32,000 nucleotides of DNA from Shewanella chilikensis (GTDB taxonomy: Bacteria; Pseudomonadota; Gammaproteobacteria; Enterobacterales; Shewanellaceae): NCBI RefSeq assembly GCF_002836945.1, contig NZ_NIJM01000032.1, positions 7,180 to 39,179 on the forward strand. The letters are read 5' to 3'. The notes under the pieces were generated by a model. That model made no database searches. It was not told the origin of the DNA and was given only the letters and a program-made list of their open reading frames with translations. This document shows, one piece after another, positions 28,980 to 32,000 of this stretch. The stretch's first letter is position 1. Every line of letters starts with the position of its first letter. The translations under genes and the position numbers were made by a program.

Positions 28980-29356
28980 GAAGCCTCCCTGTCAGCGGGA
29001 TGATTGATGCCATCCATCACGGGAGCATCCTTGAAGGCAAAGGGATCCAACTCGTCGATGCACCCCAGATTAATGCCGTACTCTTGTGGGTTTGAGCGCC
29101 TTTGATGGTGAGTATAGATACCGCAGCGACTACAGAAATAGTGTTTGGCGGTATGGGTATTGAACTGATAACAGCTGAGCAGCTCTGCGCCGCTCACCAG
29201 CTTGAGATTGGCCAAGGACACAGAGGCTACCGGCGCGCCGCGGCGGCGACACATGGAGCAATCACAACGGCGAACATTGTTGACTCCCTTGGGAAAAGTG
29301 AGCGCCAACTGAATCCCGCCACAATGGCAACGGGCAATATAGTGAGTCTGAGTCAT
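28976..29356 (-). CDS. GFA/CENP-V family zinc-binding protein (glutathione-dependent formaldehyde-activating-like)
   Basis: 126 aa with the CHCGG...C.C..C...C..CG cysteine pattern typical of the GFA domain. Confidence 0.8.
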   Translation of the reverse strand: MTQTHYIARCHCGGIQLALTFPKGVNNVRRCDCSMCRRRGAPVASVSLANLKLVSGAELLSCYQFNTHTAKHYFCSRCGIYTHHQRRSNPQEYGINLGCIDELDPFAFKDAPVMDGINHPADREAS

Positions 29357-30001
29357 GACAATCCCTGTAATCCTGTTTTATCGGGCAAGCTTATGCTGAA
29401 AATTCAAGCAAAACGGCATACGGCTTATTTCATCTTGCCCCAGGGAAAAACCCTTGCCAATAGACAGAAGCTGAACTGCCAAGCTAAATAATTCTCCGTT
29501 CAGGCATTCATTCTATGCTTATCCTCCTGACAATGGGTAAGCATTTCACCCGATATTGTTACAGTAAATTGCCACTATTCCAGATGCCATAATGGAACAT
29601 TCGGCTTCGAGTTCCTGAAGCTGAAGTTCTCAAATCCATGCCTGAACCGATAATGTTGATAATGGTTGCTCTATTGATAATAGCGCTATCAGGCGGCTTA
29701 CCGCCCCTATGGCACCGAGGATTTGTCATCACCGCCGAGGTGTTGCCAACGAATGTTTCTGATAGCGAACAAATCGCATACTATCGGAGCAAAACAACCA
29801 ATCTCATTGATTAGCTGAGTTTTTAATTTATTTTTAAGGAAGCATTTTTCGGTCATAACCCTATGGATCCCATGCCACAAAGTAGGTAGACTGGCCCCGG
29901 TTTACCTCCTTGGAAACAAACCAAGGGATATGATTTGGGGGCGTAAATCGGTTGCTTGAGTGGCCAGTACGCGCTCTCCTCAACTTATAGAGAAGGAAAT
30001 A

Positions 30002-30397
30002 ATGGGTTTACAAGAAAAGCAATGGAAGCGCTCTATCGAAGAGCAGTATGTGGTTGAGTTCAAGCAGGACATAAAGAGCATTCTGGATGCCGACCTGGAC
30101 GTAACCTTTGACTGGGATAGCTTCGACAGCGCCAAAGAGATCATGTACGTGCCCACCTATGCACTGGATCGTGTCAAATCCGCGTTCAGAGAACTCGCCA
30201 ACGACCAGGACGCCAAGGAAGAGATTGTTGCGCAGATCAAGACCCTGCATATCAAGAACATCAACGACAATGCCGAAGAAGCCAAGAACATGCGTATCGG
30301 CGATGGCGTTTTCGCACTCGAAGTCGGTTTCGGCGGCAACCACGCCTGTGTCTTTAACGACACAGCTATCCGCCAGTACCTGGAAAATAATCTCTGA
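30002..30397 (+). CDS. Hypothetical acidic cytoplasmic protein, family not recognised
   Basis: ATG at 30002 preceded by GAAGGA with about 6 nt spacing; the track ORF begins at an upstream alternative start, 29960. It is 131 aa with no TM segment, and hairpins follow the stop. Confidence 0.6.
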   Translation: MGLQEKQWKRSIEEQYVVEFKQDIKSILDADLDVTFDWDSFDSAKEIMYVPTYALDRVKSAFRELANDQDAKEEIVAQIKTLHIKNINDNAEEAKNMRIGDGVFALEVGFGGNHACVFNDTAIRQYLENNL

Positions 30398-30455
30398 TCA
30401 TCTAAGCAGAGCATAATGCCTGGGCTCATCTCCGCTTGAGCCCATCAGTATCCAA

Positions 30456-30494
30456 GGCCGGTCATCCCCTGAGACCGGCCTTTCTATTTCTTTC
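30456..30494 (+). terminator. Rho-independent terminator after the hypothetical gene
   Basis: GGCCGGTC / GACCGGCC 8-bp stem with a 9-nt loop, followed by TTTCTATTTCTTTC. An additional 8-bp hairpin TGGGCTCA/TGAGCCCA lies at 30421-30444. Confidence 0.6.
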
Positions 30495-30578
30495 TATACC
30501 CTCCCGGCTATTCAATGCCTGTCCCCTCGGCGGTCTATAGCCAGCAGAGCCGCAATCCCTACTCCTTGCAGTCAGGTA

Positions 30579-30604
30579 TAAAAAAGCGCGCCTATAGGCG
30601 CGCT
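30579..30604 (-). terminator. Rho-independent terminator after the tsdA-like gene
   Basis: Minus strand: AGCGCGCC TATA GGCGCGCT followed by TTTTTTA. Confidence 0.7.
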
Positions 30605-30625
30605 GAACAGATTAAGGCTCTGAGC

Positions 30626-31678
30626 TTACTGCTTCTTAGGGAAGACTGGATAAGCCTCTTTGCCCAGCAAGATACCCTTTACTTCTTTACCATAGTAACC
30701 GGCATGCTTGTGATACTTGCCTTGGGTTTCCTCGAGTTTTCCTTTGAAGCGGGGATCCTGAGGACGCTCATGGGAGTTGATATAGGCAGCCACATCCCAG
30801 GCTTGCTGAGTGGTTAGCTGCATACTCTTACCCAGTGGCATATTCTCGTGAATAAAGAAGGCAGCCGTGTTAACCCTGTGCATTCCGGCGCCCCAGTTAA
30901 AGCTCTGAGGCCCCCAAAGAGGTGGCAAGGCATATACACCTGCTATCGCCTGACCTTGGCCATCGGCACCATGACATGCCTGACAATGGGCCTGATAAAC
31001 CTGCTCACCACGGGCAGGGTCATAGGCCTGCTCAGGTTTGGGGATTGAAGGGTAACCCCGGCCCGGCAGATTGGCGCGTTGCTCTACCGTCAATTGCTGC
31101 TTAATGGCTTCAGGAATAGGGAAGTCTTCCCGTTTTCCGCCCTTGATAAGCTCGGCATCGGCCAGTTCAGGCACTTCGCCTTTGACGCCGTATTGATCCA
31201 TCAAGCCACCTACCCCAAGCCAATAGGCATAGGCAGACAAGGCCACCAACTCAGGGCTGCCGCTCTTTGGCGCCTTGCCGTTCATTGAATAGGTAAAACA
31301 GCCCTGGATACGCTCTTCGAAGCTGTTGACCTTATCATTCTTCTTCCGATAAGCAGGATAAGCGAAATAGGCACCCCAGATAGGAGAAGCATTGGGCTCA
31401 CGGCCGGCATCCATGTGGCAGTTGACACAGTTCAGCTCATTGCCGACGTATTTATCCCGCAGTTGCTGAGTATTGACGAACAGCTGATAGCCCTTGCGCA
31501 CCTTGTCACCAAAGGCACCGGCCGGAATGGTATCCAGCGGTCTGGGGATAAGATATTCCTGTCCCTCCACCTTGGGAGAAGAAGGCAATTGCGCCTGGCG
31601 ATCGGGAAGATTCTCGGCCTGGGCCTGAGCTGTCATTGCGGCCACAGCACCCATGATAAACAGAGTAGATTTTTTCAT
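30626..31678 (-). CDS. Periplasmic diheme cytochrome c, TsdA/SoxA-like (candidate thiosulfate dehydrogenase / tetrathionate reductase)
   Basis: Sec signal MKKSTLFIMGAVAAMTAQAQA. There are two CxxCH motifs (CVNCH, CQACH) and a conserved Cys in RIQGCFTYSMNG after heme 1, consistent with His/Cys heme ligation in TsdA. Confidence 0.75.
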   Translation of the reverse strand: MKKSTLFIMGAVAAMTAQAQAENLPDRQAQLPSSPKVEGQEYLIPRPLDTIPAGAFGDKVRKGYQLFVNTQQLRDKYVGNELNCVNCHMDAGREPNASPIWGAYFAYPAYRKKNDKVNSFEERIQGCFTYSMNGKAPKSGSPELVALSAYAYWLGVGGLMDQYGVKGEVPELADAELIKGGKREDFPIPEAIKQQLTVEQRANLPGRGYPSIPKPEQAYDPARGEQVYQAHCQACHGADGQGQAIAGVYALPPLWGPQSFNWGAGMHRVNTAAFFIHENMPLGKSMQLTTQQAWDVAAYINSHERPQDPRFKGKLEETQGKYHKHAGYYGKEVKGILLGKEAYPVFPKKQ

Positions 31679-31687
31679 GCTGCGTCC

Positions 31688-32000
31688 TTACTTGAGATTG
31701 GCAAAATAACTGGCGATGGCGTCGATTTCGGCGCTATTGAGCTGTTTGGCAACATGCTCCATCATGCCATCGACATCACCTTTACGGCTGCCATCCTGCC
31801 AGGCGTGCAGTTGAGTCTTGATGTAGCTGGCTTGCTGACCGGCAAGCCTTGGGAAAGTGCCGCCACCCAGGCCTGACGGGCCATGGCATGTTACACAGGC
31901 GGGTAGGTTCCGGGTCCAGTCGCCCTGATACACCAGTTTTTCAGTCGGATCGGCAAATACCACTTGCTCACCTCTGAGCTTGGGTTTGACCTCGGCGACG
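31688..32000 (-). CDS. c-type cytochrome (cytochrome c4/TsdB-like), C-terminal part; 5' end outside window
   Basis: The frame is open to the window edge. It has the CxxCH motif CVTCH followed by GPSG and a distal Met region (DGMMEHV). The stop lies 9 nt upstream of the tsdA-like ATG. Confidence 0.7.
   Translation of the reverse strand, partial: VAEVKPKLRGEQVVFADPTEKLVYQGDWTRNLPACVTCHGPSGLGGGTFPRLAGQQASYIKTQLHAWQDGSRKGDVDGMMEHVAKQLNSAEIDAIASYFANLK

Noticed and set aside
1-32000. A search for CRISPR arrays, IS elements, integrases, toxin-antitoxin pairs, restriction-modification genes or other defence-island hallmarks.
   Set aside because: I saw no spaced direct-repeat array, no transposase- or recombinase-like ORF and no terminal inverted repeats. 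Nearly all large ORFs are recognisable housekeeping or respiratory genes.

Overview
This window looks like ordinary chromosomal core DNA from a gammaproteobacterium. Gene content and protein style suggest Shewanella/Alteromonadales, but that is unverified. I see no CRISPR array, transposase, integrase, prophage gene or recognisable defence system.

Gene order, left to right:
- dsbD 3' end, a CPA2/Kef-type antiporter, galK-galM plus a translationally coupled small membrane protein.
- An orphan acidic-tail protein and a quinone oxidoreductase.
- A large selenium/formate dehydrogenase block at 7567-19275: yedF-yedE, fdhD, tRNA-Sec (selC), selB-selA, fdhE and fdnI-fdnH-fdnG. fdnG carries an in-frame TGA selenocysteine codon with a SECIS-like hairpin.
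- An AT-rich spacer, ssb with an expanded linker, an MFS transporter, uvrA, a small unknown protein and an M28 lipoprotein peptidase.
- deaD, a coupled CWC/GFA cysteine-rich pair, an unknown acidic protein, and a tsdA-like/tsdB-like cytochrome c pair that runs off the window end.

The points most worth a second look:
1. The selB reading frame has no stop where SelB normally ends. It continues antisense through the whole convergent selC gene.
2. The ~300 nt yedE leader is structured and ends in a terminator-like hairpin.
3. GC content changes sharply inside fdhD, and a second AT-rich islet lies on the other side of the fdn-sel block.
4. A perfect palindrome between uvrA and the MFS-ssb unit has LexA-box-like outer arms but the wrong spacing.
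5. Two small unknown acidic proteins each have a long non-coding leader.

Nothing here amounts to a clearly novel multi-gene system. All functional calls rest on motif recognition by eye, without any database search.
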